From the NCBI GenBank assembly GCA_964106645.2, contig OZ067042.1: DNA of 64,000 nt; one strand, 5' to 3'. Below, in pieces: positions 1-11,156 of the stretch; the stretch's first letter is position 1, and every line of letters begins with the position of its first letter. Origin of the DNA: Podarcis pityusensis (Eukaryota). Below the pieces are notes generated by a model. The model worked only from the letters and a program-made list of their open reading frames with translations. It had not been told where the DNA came from and searched no databases. The translations under genes were made by a program, and so were the position numbers.

Positions 1-84
1 AAGTAGGTCCCTCCTCCACTGTTTCTCCAAAACTCCTTCCCTTTACTCCCAGGCTCGGTGTCCTTCAAATTATCATCCAGCTCA

Positions 85-275
85 AAGCAGCCTCTGATTT
101 ATTTGAAAGCAGTTTTTGTGCTGTCCGCTTCCCATCATTTTCTCTTTAGTGATCTGGCCCAATTCTTTGGGCTTACCTCATAGGTCTTGCATTCCAACCC
201 AATCATCTTCCCAACTCGGTTTCCTCTGAACTCTCTCCAGATTGTCAGCATCCTTATTAAAGGGAGGATCTCAAT
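85..275 (-). mobile_element. Degenerate CR1 LINE ORF2 fragment
   Basis: Minus strand reads FNKDADNLERVQRK..., resembling the CR1 motif [16 protein letters not shown] seen intact at 20544-21091; boundaries approximate. Confidence 0.55.
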
Positions 276-405
276 TCCCCAGCTCAGAGCCTGAGGGATG
301 CTGAGTGGGGTGGAATAACAAGATCTTATATTTTAATACAGTGTTCCCACTAAAGCAACATAGCATGCCATTTGCTGTTTTGTTGAAGTATCTCTGTTCT
401 GTTTG

Positions 406-450
<45 letters not shown>

Positions 451-451
451 T
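406..451. repeat. (CT)n(GT)n compound microsatellite
   Basis: Directly visible. Confidence 0.95.
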
Positions 452-484
452 AGATAACAAGTGTTAGCCACTCTTCACCCAGGA

Positions 485-726
485 TTTATTTATTTATCAA
501 TCAATCAATCAATCAATCACATTTACATCTCACCAAGGAGTTCAAAGCATACATGGTTCTCTTCTTCCCCATTTTAACATGACAATATCCCTGTGGCATA
601 GGTTATGCAGAGAGACTGCGACTGGCCCAAAGTGACCCAATGAGTTTCATGACTGAGTGGAGATTTGAACCCTGGTCTACCAGGTCCTAGTCCAACACTC
701 TTAATTACTACACAACACCAGCTCTC
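485..726 (-). mobile_element. Old tRNA-derived SINE (Squam3/MIR-like) with (TTTA)n/(TCAA)n tail
   Basis: Minus strand has a tRNA-like head (GTGTAGTAATTAAGAGTGTTGGACTAGGACCTGGTAGACCAGGGTTCAAATC) and a core homologous to the young copies at 15733 and 42216. Confidence 0.75.
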
Positions 727-1369
727 AATCTCACAATATTAAATGAAGGAACCCTTCAGAGGAACTCACTGAGAACTTACAGCCCTGGAGTTATTACTAT
801 CGCTGACAACCAAATCGTAGGTCCAAACTGGTTGAGCAGATTCACACAAAGTTTGGAAAATAAAGTGATTGTTTCACCATACACCCATGTAAGGTATTCA
901 GTGACTGGGAGGAGAGGCAGTTCTTGAACAAGGGTGCCCAGAAACCAGACATGCCTAATATCTTTTCTCCTGCACCAGCCATAAACCCTTGCAGTCGGCT
1001 ATTTGCTTCTTGTCACCCAGCTAAATAACCAATGGGCCAGCCATCATTGTTCACTAGCCCTTACAACAGCCTTCCCTAACGTAGTTCCCTCTAGATGTTT
1101 TGGACTTCATTTCCCATCATCCCTGAACATGGGCCATACTGGCTAGAGTTGATGGGAGTTCTAGTCCAAAACATGTAGGTTGGTGAAGCTTATCCTATAA
1201 AGGTGGAGGTGTATTTGGCGGCTGGTTCTCCTGGCTGTCAAGGGAATGCTCAACAGGTCCTGGACAGGACTGTATTTTCCCTAAAGCAGCAGCTTCTTAT
1301 TTCTGAGGGTGCTCAATGTGGATCTAGTTTTGACACTAACAGCCCAAGCAGCAGAACCAGGACCGGGTT

Positions 1370-1625
1370 GGAGAGAGAAGGTGACTTCCAGCAGCTCCTC
1401 TGGTGCCAGCTACAACTGATCCTTGAAAGTGATGGCTTGGTCAATTACCCCCTACTCTGGCAATGTCCAGATTTACATTACTGTTATGTGTTATGCACAG
1501 GGTTGCCTGTCAAAACTGCAGGCCATTCAAAATGGCAGAATATCTCACCAGTGCTGAAACAGCTCCCAGTCCCTTCCAGTCCTTTTGGGAGCATTAGGGC
1601 TGTCACTTGCCTTGAAATCCCTAGA
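1370..1625 (+). mobile_element. Degenerate L2 LINE ORF2 fragment
   Basis: Translation ...DLHYCYVLCTGLPVKT...QNISPVLKQLP resembles the L2 consensus RLDYCNALYxGLPLKT...HITPVLKQLHWLP. Confidence 0.6.
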
Positions 1626-3739
1626 TCATGACGTCACATACATATGAGGATGAATTAAAAGAAGCAGCAAAAGCACTCTGTTGTAGTAAACTTGCTGGAG
1701 AAATTAAAAATAATATTAGCATCCCAACAGAAACTCAGAGTACTTTTGCCTCTGGCCTAACCTTCTCAGCTAGGCCCTTCCAAGCCGCTTTGCAAAAAAA
1801 TGGTCATTAGGTTAAACGTAAATAAGCCACTTAAGTTGTTTATCTTGTTCATTCTTGCAGTGGTGCAGCATCTGAGGGAACTGCTGAAGGCACAGGAAAT
1901 TGTCCATGATAAAAACCACCTGGGTCCTGGAAATTCTAGGAGGAAATATATTGGACTTAGTAAGAAGGAGTATTATGTCACTGCCTGGGCAAGGAACGTA
2001 AGGGACTCAAAATCTGCACCAATGCAGAGTGGGCAGAATCTGATCTTGGCAACACAGGGCTGAACCACATGTCTATATCTGATGCCATGGCAGCTTAACA
2101 TACATGGAGATCCAATGGTGTGCATGTTCCCCCAGAACAGATGCACCATGAGCCAACTGTTCTCAAGCCCCTCCCCTCACTTCCCCAGATTTCAGACTAG
2201 CAAGAGCATGGCAATGGCTCAGTTCACAGCATGCTGGAGGATACAGATAAGCCGCTCCTTCTGGGGTGAAAACCACAGTGTAAACAGCCATGGCAGCTCT
2301 CTAACCCCACAATGTAGTGGAGGGAGTGTGCAGCTCTGGGACTTTTGTCAGGAGTGATGACATCACCTGCTGGAACAATGGCAATTTAAGGGGGTACCAC
2401 TTCTTGGCACAATTTGCATTTGGAATTGTTCTGTGTATTTCTGACCAAAAGCTCAAGGTTGCATTTCGGCTGGTTGAAAATCTTTCATGGATGCTCACTG
2501 TGTTTTACCACCTTGTGCAAGTCAGAAGTCAGCACCGCTGAGTCCACCTGAGCCTATTCCTAGGAAACCATGAGTGGGGTTGTAATCATGTAGCTCCTAT
2601 TTAATTGAGAATTGTGCTGCACTGCTGTGTGTGTCTCCGCTGCTTGCATTTTGGAGTCGTCCCCCCCTCCAGGGGCTACAAGGCTCTCCTTGGCAGTGTT
2701 GTCATGGGGGCTGCCATGATGAGCTCCTTCAGTTCCTATGTTGCCACTACACCGCTGCAATGATGAATGGCCATATAATGCTACCCCCAGAAAATGCATC
2801 AGAGAGGTTCCTTTGCCAGGTACTTCAAGTGCACAGGAGAGCAGAAGATCTACGTGGTAGACAGTAGAGTCATAAGCCTTGTGCAAGGTAATCAATACCA
2901 CTGGGGAACAATTTTTTTCCCCCATTTTCTGTTGCATGAGATTTTTTCAACTGTTCTTATATGTCCTTTCAATGCTGATTTCAAATCTAAAATCGATTTT
3001 CATGTACATGCTATAGTTATCTTGCAACTTCCGACTTTTGCTGATATGTCATATTTACACTGCAGATAAGTGGACACTGACACATTGATCTGCCCTAACC
3101 ACATGGTTATCATTGTTTTGCAAACTTAATTTTTCTTTATTTTTATAGTTCTGTAATCCAAATATTTGTATTTTTCAGATGGCTTCTTCAAGTAGACAAA
3201 AACAATTTTGTATTGTGAAAAACAAAGATTATGGTGAAAAGTGAAAAACATGAATCGCAAAAAAACTAGAGCTTACAGAACAAAACCAAATTGAGATATG
3301 AATTCAGCTCGTCAAAATTAGGTTCGAACAACTGCAGGTGTCAATGCAACAAAAATTTTGTTCCCCAATGTAGTAAGTGAAGATTTCCCTGTCCCTTACT
3401 GTCAATAGGCAGCATTCCCTCAACTCCCCCTTTCCAAGCAGTGCCCCCAAGCAGGCGTCATCTTGTCTCCAACAATGTCTCCCAGCAAAAAAAGCAAACA
3501 CAAAGACCCCAGGGGAAAATCAGTTTGCCCTTCCCAGCCAGCATCCAGGCATGCTAACATCTCTCATTGGAGCAAAAGGCTAACTTTTGCTTTTCCAGGG
3601 GCTATTGGAAATAGAGCAGGAAAAGGTTAACCCCAGATCTCCCAATGGGAACTGATGGACATAGCACCAAGAGCCACATTTTTAAAAAAGTCACTGACCA
3701 ACTGGAGTATTTCTAAAGGAGGGCAGCCAGAAAGTGAGT

Positions 3740-4255
3740 GGAGTGTGTGGTCCCTGGTTGAAAGAGATGTGCATGTTTAGCCTGGAGGAGGAGATTAAGA
3801 GGATGCATGATAGATATCTCCAGACGTCGGAAAGGCTGTCACACCAAAGATGAAACAGACTTGTGCTCTGTTGATCCAGTGAGCAGGGGTGCATATGCAC
3901 CATGCATTGAAAGCACCCCCCAAGAACTCTAAGAACTGTCATTAGCCCTCACAGAGCTACAATTCCCAGCACCCTTGACAAACTACAGTTTCCAAATTTT
4001 GCAGGGGGTGCTTTATAGTGTGTATAGAGCCCAGGGATAGAACTAATGGGTGGGAATTGTAGGGACACATATTTCAGGCAAGCATTAGGAGAATGTTCCT
4101 AATGGTGATTGTTGTTCAACAATGGAACAGGCTGCCTCTAGATTTGGCGGACTCTCCTACATGGAAGGTATTAAAGCTGAGTGGGCATCTGCAAGGGATT
4201 TTGTAGTAGAACAAGGGGAAATAAGTGATCTCTGAGGTCCTTCCAACTCTATGTC
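3740..4255 (+). mobile_element. Degenerate CR1 3' end interrupted by a palindromic MITE (~3885-4030)
   Basis: ATGTTTAGCCTGGAG... through GGTCCTTCCAACTCTATG matches the CR1 3' end; the inserted block resembles the palindromic repeats at ~21290 and ~48245. Confidence 0.65.
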
Positions 4256-4526
4256 TCCACTAACAAGCCACCATGGAAAGTAGATCAGGATTAACTCTCT
4301 CTACCCTGACCTAGATGCACATACAGCCCATCACAGCATGTCACCCGCATTACCAATCATTGGTCCAGGAGGGTCAGCATAGCTTAATCTTCATTTTTTC
4401 TAAAATCAGCAGCATTTAGAGCAAATCTGACCAGAGTTTACACTGCAGGTTGGAAGAGGAGTAGCTAGTTAGATTGTGCAGGTAATGTGTAGGAGAGGTA
4501 CCAAGTAAACCAGTGACTGTAAAAAA

Positions 4527-4795
4527 AAAGGTAAAGGTAAAGGACCCCTGGACGGTTAAGTCCAGCCAAAGGTGACTATGGGGTTGTGGCACTCATCTCG
4601 CTTCAGGCCAAGGGAGCCGGCGTTTGTCCACAGATAGCTTTCTGGTCCATGTGGCCATCATGGCTAAACCACTTCTGGCGCAACAGGACACCGTGACGGA
4701 AGCCAGAGTGCACAGAAATGCTGTTTACCTTCCTGCCACCTATTTATCTACTTGCACTGGTATACTTTCAAACTGCTAGGTTGGCAGGTGCTGCC
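4527..4795 (-). mobile_element. Sauria SINE (Squam1), 5'-truncated
   Basis: AAAGGTAAAGGTAAAGGACCCC is the reverse complement of the (ACCTTT)n tail; body homologous to 13864-14225. Confidence 0.85.
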
Positions 4796-6910
4796 AGTGA
4801 CTTACAACCTCCTTGTGTGCTCTTGTACACATGTATGCTCAGTTTCATGGCAATTGGGACTGGACATTATGGAACATCAGGTGTGTGGGATGTGCAAGAC
4901 CCCAGAGCAGCAACGGATTAGGGGGCCCCACAATTCATTCTGACTTTGCATGAATTATGTCCATACTATATCCAGGGGCTGTAGAAACATTTTGTCCTGG
5001 AAGGATTTGGTTCCTGCAATGAGCAATATGGTTAAATTTATTTAACTGAGGTCAGCATCCACTCATGCCTATGCAACTGTGTTTACATTCACAGGGGGGC
5101 ACTTTGGGGTGCATGCCTGGGAAATACATCACATGCACTTGTGCATGCATGCAAAGCCAAGGACGGCCTGTTCCTGGATCTCTCCTCCACACCCTGGGCC
5201 CATGTTTACTGGGACTTTTCTTCCCTTCCCATCAATCCAGCATCTGGGAATGGTTATTTCTTGGCATGAAAACAGGAAGGAAGGAGAAAGTGAAGCCTAT
5301 AGGAGGTGCTGCTGCACAGAGAGAGCACTTGGCCTGCACAGAAACATGCGCTCAGCTTCTGACACAAATCTTTCCCTGAAAATCTTTGCATGCCAAGTTT
5401 TTCTGGAGTTCTCAAAGAGGTAGAGCAAGCTGGACAATCCTGCTACCTCTGAGTGGGTCCCCTACTTATCTGTTTGGTGTTTCCACATATCTGACAGATT
5501 CCTTTCTCAAGCAGAAGAGAAAAGGGGTAGAATCAGCCATCTATTCCGAGTCACACCCAATGCTGATTCGCACACACTTACGTCCACCTTCACACTCTTA
5601 TAAATTCCTCTTGCACAGTCTCACCTCGTGACGCTCACACCCCAAGGCCTGCCGGTCTCCCCTTCTCTCCACCCGCCCCCTGAACACTGCGCTGATTCAT
5701 CCCAGCACATTCATCAGGAGCCAGTGATTTTCTGTCAGTCCCAAAGCCTGCTGAGCTTATCTTGTTTCTACCTGTGATACCTGGGGGCCTCAGGCCACCT
5801 CCCCTCATTCCAGTGGGCTTGATAAAGCCATGGCTTTATCTTATCTGAGCTGCATTGGCAGCCGCAGATTAATGGGGCTGAGGGAGAAAGAGGGACTTGT
5901 CTCTTCAGTGCAGCTAGGAATGACAAGGCTGGGCGCGTGTCTACACTTGAGTTAAATGTGGACGGAGATATGTTCACGTGAGGGACTGTGTGTGACAGCA
6001 ACTGGATGACAAGCATGCAGTGTGTTCAGAGGGGGACAGCAGCAAGTGGTTTGACTTGAAATGCAGAATAAATTTACTCAATTCACTTCCCAGGTATGTC
6101 ACAAATGTTTCCCCACTATAAAGAAGAGTCACGTTATGCCCCAACTAAGGTGTTATCTGGAGCATAGAGAGCTTCTGAATGTTGTCCTCATGGGTGGGGC
6201 AGGATCCCTTGGCTGGGTCCAGAAACCCGTTTCCATTGCCTAGTTGTCACAAGTAGTGATGTGAGATGTCAAAGGTGCCGCCACAGCCACAGTCACCACA
6301 CAGAGTGGCCTCCTCTGCAGCTGCCACTGCTGCTGTGGCTGGGAGGGGGCTACAAAGGGGTCGGAGGCTGCTGTGGCACCCCATCCTCAAAATGATGGTA
6401 ACAGTATTGGATGAGGAGTTATAGGTCATCTAAGAGCAAGAGTAGCAGAGCACTTTTATTTGGACCAAATATTAAAAATCACAAAGAGGCAAATAAGATT
6501 TTGGACTTCATAAACATTCTTCATTAGACTAGATACTAAGTCAAAAAAAATTAAAGGATGAGGGAGGGAAACATTACTGAGCATAAAGGAAAAACCTCCA
6601 GTATCCCCAGAAATAAATTGTGGCTTCAGCTGGCTGTGGAAATCCAAAGAAGAAAATCCCAGTCTGAGCCCAAAGAGGTGCTACTGGGTAACCTGTAACA
6701 CTGCTTCAAAGACAGGGAAGCCTCTATTTTATTTGTAACAGCGGTAGCTCATTAAAATTGATTAAAAGGAATCTAACTTTAAGTGATTAAGTGAACAGCA
6801 AAGGCTTTGCTTTACCTCAAGCACTGGGAGCCTCAGGAGCAGAGATTCTCTTATCTTTTTCTTTTTTTATTGAAAGTCTGCCTTTTAGATGATGATAGTA
6901 GTAGTAGTAA

Positions 6911-6912
6911 TA

Positions 6913-6962
<50 letters not shown>

Positions 6963-7335
6963 TTATACCCCACCCATCTGGCTGGGTTTCCCCAGCCACT
7001 CTGGGTGGCTTCCAACAAAAGATTAAAAATACATTAAGACATCAGTCGTTGAAAACTTCCCTAAACAGGGCTGCCTTCAGATGTCTTCTAAACATGAGAT
7101 AGTTGTTTATTTCTTTGACATCTGATGGGAGGGCCTTCCACAGGGCGGGCACTACTACCGAGAAGGCCCTCTGCCTGATTCCCTGTAACTTCGCTTCTTG
7201 CACTGAGGGAACTGCCAGAAGGCCCTCAGAGCTGGATCTCAGTGTCTGAGGGTGGAGATGCTCCTTCAAGTATACTGGGCGAGCTTTAAAGGTCAGCACC
7301 AACACTTTGAATTGTGCTCGGAAACATACTGGTCA
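6911..7335 (-). mobile_element. L2-clade LINE 3' end with (TAA)n microsatellite tail
   Basis: ORF 7042..7305(-) ends RAFSVVVPALWKALP...FRRHLKAALFREVF, a typical L2 ORF2 C-terminus; (TTA)n at ~6913-6960. Confidence 0.85.
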
Positions 7336-8649
7336 AGTGTCCAGTTTGATTTATTCTTAACTAGATGCTTTCCTTCCCAGGAGATGTGGAATAAGCAAAC
7401 ATGCAGCAAGTGAAATGATCCCTATTCACTGCATCCCTGTGCTTGGGAAGGTCACTGATCGGAAAGGTTCAGAAGGCTGGTAGTAACATTAAGTCAAAAG
7501 AGATGCTTTTCCTTTGACTTTTACTAAACATTTCCATGTATCTCTGCAAGTAAACAGAGAAAAGACCCCAAGAATGAGAGATGGGCCCAGCTTTCCCCCA
7601 ACCTGATGTTCTCCGCATGTTATTATTGGCTCAGCCTATCCCATCAAAATGGACTTTTGCCAGGCTGCTTCCTCTTGTCCCGCTAAGCCAGACCCTCACA
7701 CCTGCATCATGAGCAAGAATAATTCCTCCTCCCTAAGTCTCCAAGCAGGCCCAGCATCACTGAGTGCTCAGCTCCAAGCTCAGCTAGAGACTTCCCCTCC
7801 CCACACAGGGCAAAGTCCGCAGCAGGAGGGAAATGACTAATTGATACTCAAGAGTTAGCAGAGGTCCCCTCACAAGGGTTGGGCCACTGACAGCCCAGAT
7901 AAACCCTGGATAATAATCTCTTTCTAATGGTGCCTGCCCTCAGGAGGGGCACCTGCTGCAGCCGAGCCTGTTTCCAGGGACTCAAAGGCATGTACAACCA
8001 TTGCAGAACTACAAGGAAAACAATGAGGTAGGAATAACTCCTCCTTTTGTGAACTGCCCTGCCTTATCCAAGCTGAAAAACAGAGGACATTTTCTCTGCG
8101 GGTGCTATTGCCTTTGATGCAATAGTAGTGCATTAGTGGTGGATTTCTACTGGACCGTCCACACATCATTCTGTTGTATTAATTATTCTATGGTGTTCTC
8201 CAATATTAGAGAATTATTGCCATCTGAAAGGGCACCTTGCACTAGAGCGCAACAAAAGCTGGACAAAAAAAAGTTACAGGATTTCTGTAGGAAGTTACAG
8301 GACATGGAAATGAAGCAGTATGTGCCCTGGTGCCTTCAAGTGGCAAACAGTAATGAAAGTGGGATCATGTCTATCTGCCAGGATGGCACCATGAGCACAA
8401 ATCATCATGCATGCACAATAAAAAGGACATGTGGAGGGGGCCATAGATAGACCAGTAGAAAAGCCTTTCACTGTCTATCTCAGATCCTGGGGGGTGCTTA
8501 TATGGCAGAGTTTAAATTCATGGATTTCAGTGAGCTCAAATGTGCTTCGCTCCATAGCCCAATTCACCCATCACATGGACATGCTAGCTGGGACTGAAGT
8601 CCATAACATTTAGAAGGCATCAAGTTGGTGAAGGCTGCTATAGTTACTG

Positions 8650-8935
8650 GCTTACCATGAACAAGGATATGCTTTCTGCTTTGCTTCTCCACTAGTTGAA
8701 ACAACAAACCACAATCCCTGGCTTAGTCCTATGAGGGATTACAGCTCAAACAAACCACATTCAGGAAGTCAAGAACAAACCTTGACATTACATGGTTATT
8801 TGTTTGGAGCAAAACAAACCATGACCCCTCACAGAGCTAAGCCAGGGACTGTGGTTTTTTGTTTTCTCTAGGGAGGAGAAAAGTGACAGACACCTGCACA
8901 TTCATGGTAAACAATTAACCTTGGTTTACCATGAT
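8650..8935. mobile_element. Palindromic non-autonomous DNA transposon (MITE)
   Basis: Internal inverted repeats AAACCACAATCCCTGGCTTAG / CTAAGCCAGGGACTGTGGTTT; boundaries approximate. Confidence 0.55.
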
Positions 8936-9535
8936 GGGTGAGCACAGACTATATTGGAATGCTGCTGCTTCGTTTTTCTTAAGGCTTGAAGCGGAACTTG
9001 GTGTTTGTTCTGGCACTAGAATACACAAAGCCTCTGTCTTTTGAATGTGTACTGCATTCAAATATGTATACTGTTCCTGTAATCAACATGTAAAGCTACC
9101 AAATTTATTACCCGTACTTGCTCCTGGTTCTCTGCTTTCAAGAGCACTTTGATCTTTAGAGTTCAGCCAGTACCAATCCTCACCTCCTGTCTGTAATAAG
9201 CTTCTCATGCTGGTTTCTGCAGATCAGGTTTTTGTTAAAGAAACAATAACTCACAAGGATGGGGGGGGGAGGGTTCCTGACATTTGACAACCCTAATTTC
9301 CTTTAGCTTTAGACATAATCTTGTTGACTTGGTTTTGAATGTTAATGTACCCAGGTGTATGCACTTGCAACCTTCATGCAACCAATGATGTTGTAGAATG
9401 TGGTTCATAGCTAGGCAGTCTTCAGTGATCCAAGTTTCTCACTTGGTCAGCTTAGGATCATTGATAGCATTCTGCCGAAGCTTCTGAGTCTCCATCCCAG
9501 AATACTTTATTTAATTTAATGTGGCATTTGGTTGA

Positions 9536-9585
9536 TTTAATGTGGTAAGTATAATGTTCCTTTAATGTGGTAAGTATAATGTTCC
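9536..9585. repeat. Perfect 25-bp tandem duplication (TTTAATGTGGTAAGTATAATGTTCC)x2
   Basis: Directly visible at 9536-9560 and 9561-9585. Confidence 0.9.
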
Positions 9586-10633
9586 AATTAAACTTCAGGC
9601 ATTTACTGGGCACCCACCTGGTATCCAACATTGGCCCTTGTAATGCCCTATATTCCCATATAAACCTATCCCCTTCCACAAATGTACCAGAGCCCAATGG
9701 CAAATTAAGTTTCTTTTTCTGACATTTCCTTCTCTCGAGCCATAATTGCAAAAGGGATTGTTGGGCTTCCACACTAACATTCATTTGTATAACCTGGTCA
9801 TCAAAATCCATGTATAGAGGATCATTTAAACATTTAGTTAGTAGTGGTGAGTTGGATATTATTCAGCCATCTCAGAGAGTCTATTGAATGCAATGAGCAG
9901 GTATTGCAAATGTGTTTATCAGTCCTGGCCACAGATATTTTTATGCTTGAAGCAAAACAAGCACACACATGCACACCACATAGCTGAGAGCCTGCTCTGG
10001 ACAGGAGTTCGTTATTAAGAGCACTTCAGATACGAGGCAAGAAAATTGCACCCTTCCTGAAATCTACTGCCCAACGCCGACTGCTTCATGGCATTTCATA
10101 GCCCTGCCAGCTGGGCCCTGATGCCTGTGTGTGCAGGGAATGGGAACAAGGGGGGAGGGAGAGAGAGAGAGCTGGAAAGCAGGAGGGGGAGGAAGAAACA
10201 GAGAGGGCTGGAGGAGCGGCCCAGACTGGGAGGTGGGGACATCCTTGTGGCTGGCTCCCAACTCAATCCTGGGAGGGGGGGGGAGCATGCCTGGTGAAGA
10301 TTGGCTGCCGGTTCCCCCCAAGAGGCTGCTTTGGAAACCTAGAGGGGGTGGTGCTAAACAGCCCAGAGCAGAGACTTCAACTTAATCTAGCTTCAGCTCA
10401 CTCCATCCCACCGATAGTGCCAGATACAACCTTGGGGGAGAATGCTTTTGCTTGCCTAGGCGCAGGCACACCCGTTTTAAGAGGCAGGTGTTGGCTCCTT
10501 GGCTGGGCTTGGCCCAGGCAGTGCCCTCCATTCAGCTTGGCTCCCATCGGCGCTCGTGGCAACCAGAGTCCCACGTTCTCTCCCTCTCTCTCCCCTGCAG
10601 CCAAGGGAGCCCTGAGGGGAGTGTCTCTGAGCC

Positions 10634-11156
10634 ATGATGTCACCCTGCCCATGGAATGCCCTGGGCACTGTGCTGCTGGTTCTGGTGCAGGGCTGGGCGC
10701 TGTCCGTGAGTCAGGAGTACGACTACTACAGCTGGCAATCCGACAACTTCCAGCATGGACGCTTCTACACTAAGCAGCCCCAGTGCGTGGACATCCCGGC
10801 CGACCTGCAGCTCTGCCACAACGTGGGCTACAAGCGCATGCGTCTCCCTAACCTGCTGGAACACGAATCCATGCCAGAGGTAAAGCAGCAAGCCAGCAGC
10901 TGGGTGCCCCTGCTGGCCAAGCGGTGCCATTCTGACACACAGCTTTTCCTGTGCTCCCTCTTTGCACCTGTCTGCCTGGACCGGCCCATCTACCCGTGCA
11001 GGTCGCTGTGCGAGGTGGTGCGCGACTCGTGTGCTCCTGTCATGGAATCCTACGGCTTCCCTTGGCCTGACATGCTCAACTGCAACAAGTTCCCCTTCGA
11101 CAATGACCTGTGCATCGCTGTGCAGTTTGGAAACAGTCAGGCAACTCAGCCACCAG
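10634..11156 (+). CDS. SFRP5: Secreted frizzled-related protein 5, coding exon 1 (signal peptide + Frizzled CRD); CDS join(10634..11156,15368..15445,19309..19652), 314 aa
   Basis: Hydrophobic signal peptide, then EYDYYSWQ...CVDIPADLQLCHNVGYKRMRLPNLLEHE...CHSDTQLFLCSLFAPVCLDRPIYPCRSLC; donor CAG|GTAACT at 11156/11157, phase 1; synteny with ZFYVE27. Confidence 0.97.

Larger units (their letters stand above)
760..5631 (+). pseudogene. Candidate decayed multi-exon gene of unidentified family; putative exons 760-888, 1861-1997, 2189-2265, 2673-2887, 4829-5030, 5241-5419, 5498-~5603/5631
   Basis: Most segments are bounded by AG acceptors (usually with a pyrimidine tract) and GT donors; phases chain (1-1, 1-0, 0-2, 2-1, 1-...); translation is protein-like with in-frame stops (804, 861, 2198, 2761, 2764, 2776, 4951, 5020), probable frameshifts, and an apparently mutated acceptor (TAC at 4826-4828). 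No homolog recognised from memory. Confidence 0.5.

Noticed and set aside
1203-1631. 142-aa ORF as a possible gene
   Set aside because: Non-ATG start; its 3' half is a degenerate L2 ORF2 remnant.
1900-2265. Kinase glycine-loop-like (LGPGNSRRKYIG) and HD-domain-like (VHSMLEDTD) motifs in the candidate pseudogene
   Set aside because: Too short and degenerate to assign a family without a profile search.
6807-7037. Poly-Leu / poly-Ile ORFs
   Set aside because: Translations of the (TTA)n tail of an L2 element.
8431-8613. ORF ending ...AGTEVHNI, resembling the GOLGA7B N-terminus (MATEVHNL)
   Set aside because: Wrong strand for the expected synteny, lies in a copy of the common short MITE, and is followed at once by a stop; I found no GOLGA7B exons in the window.
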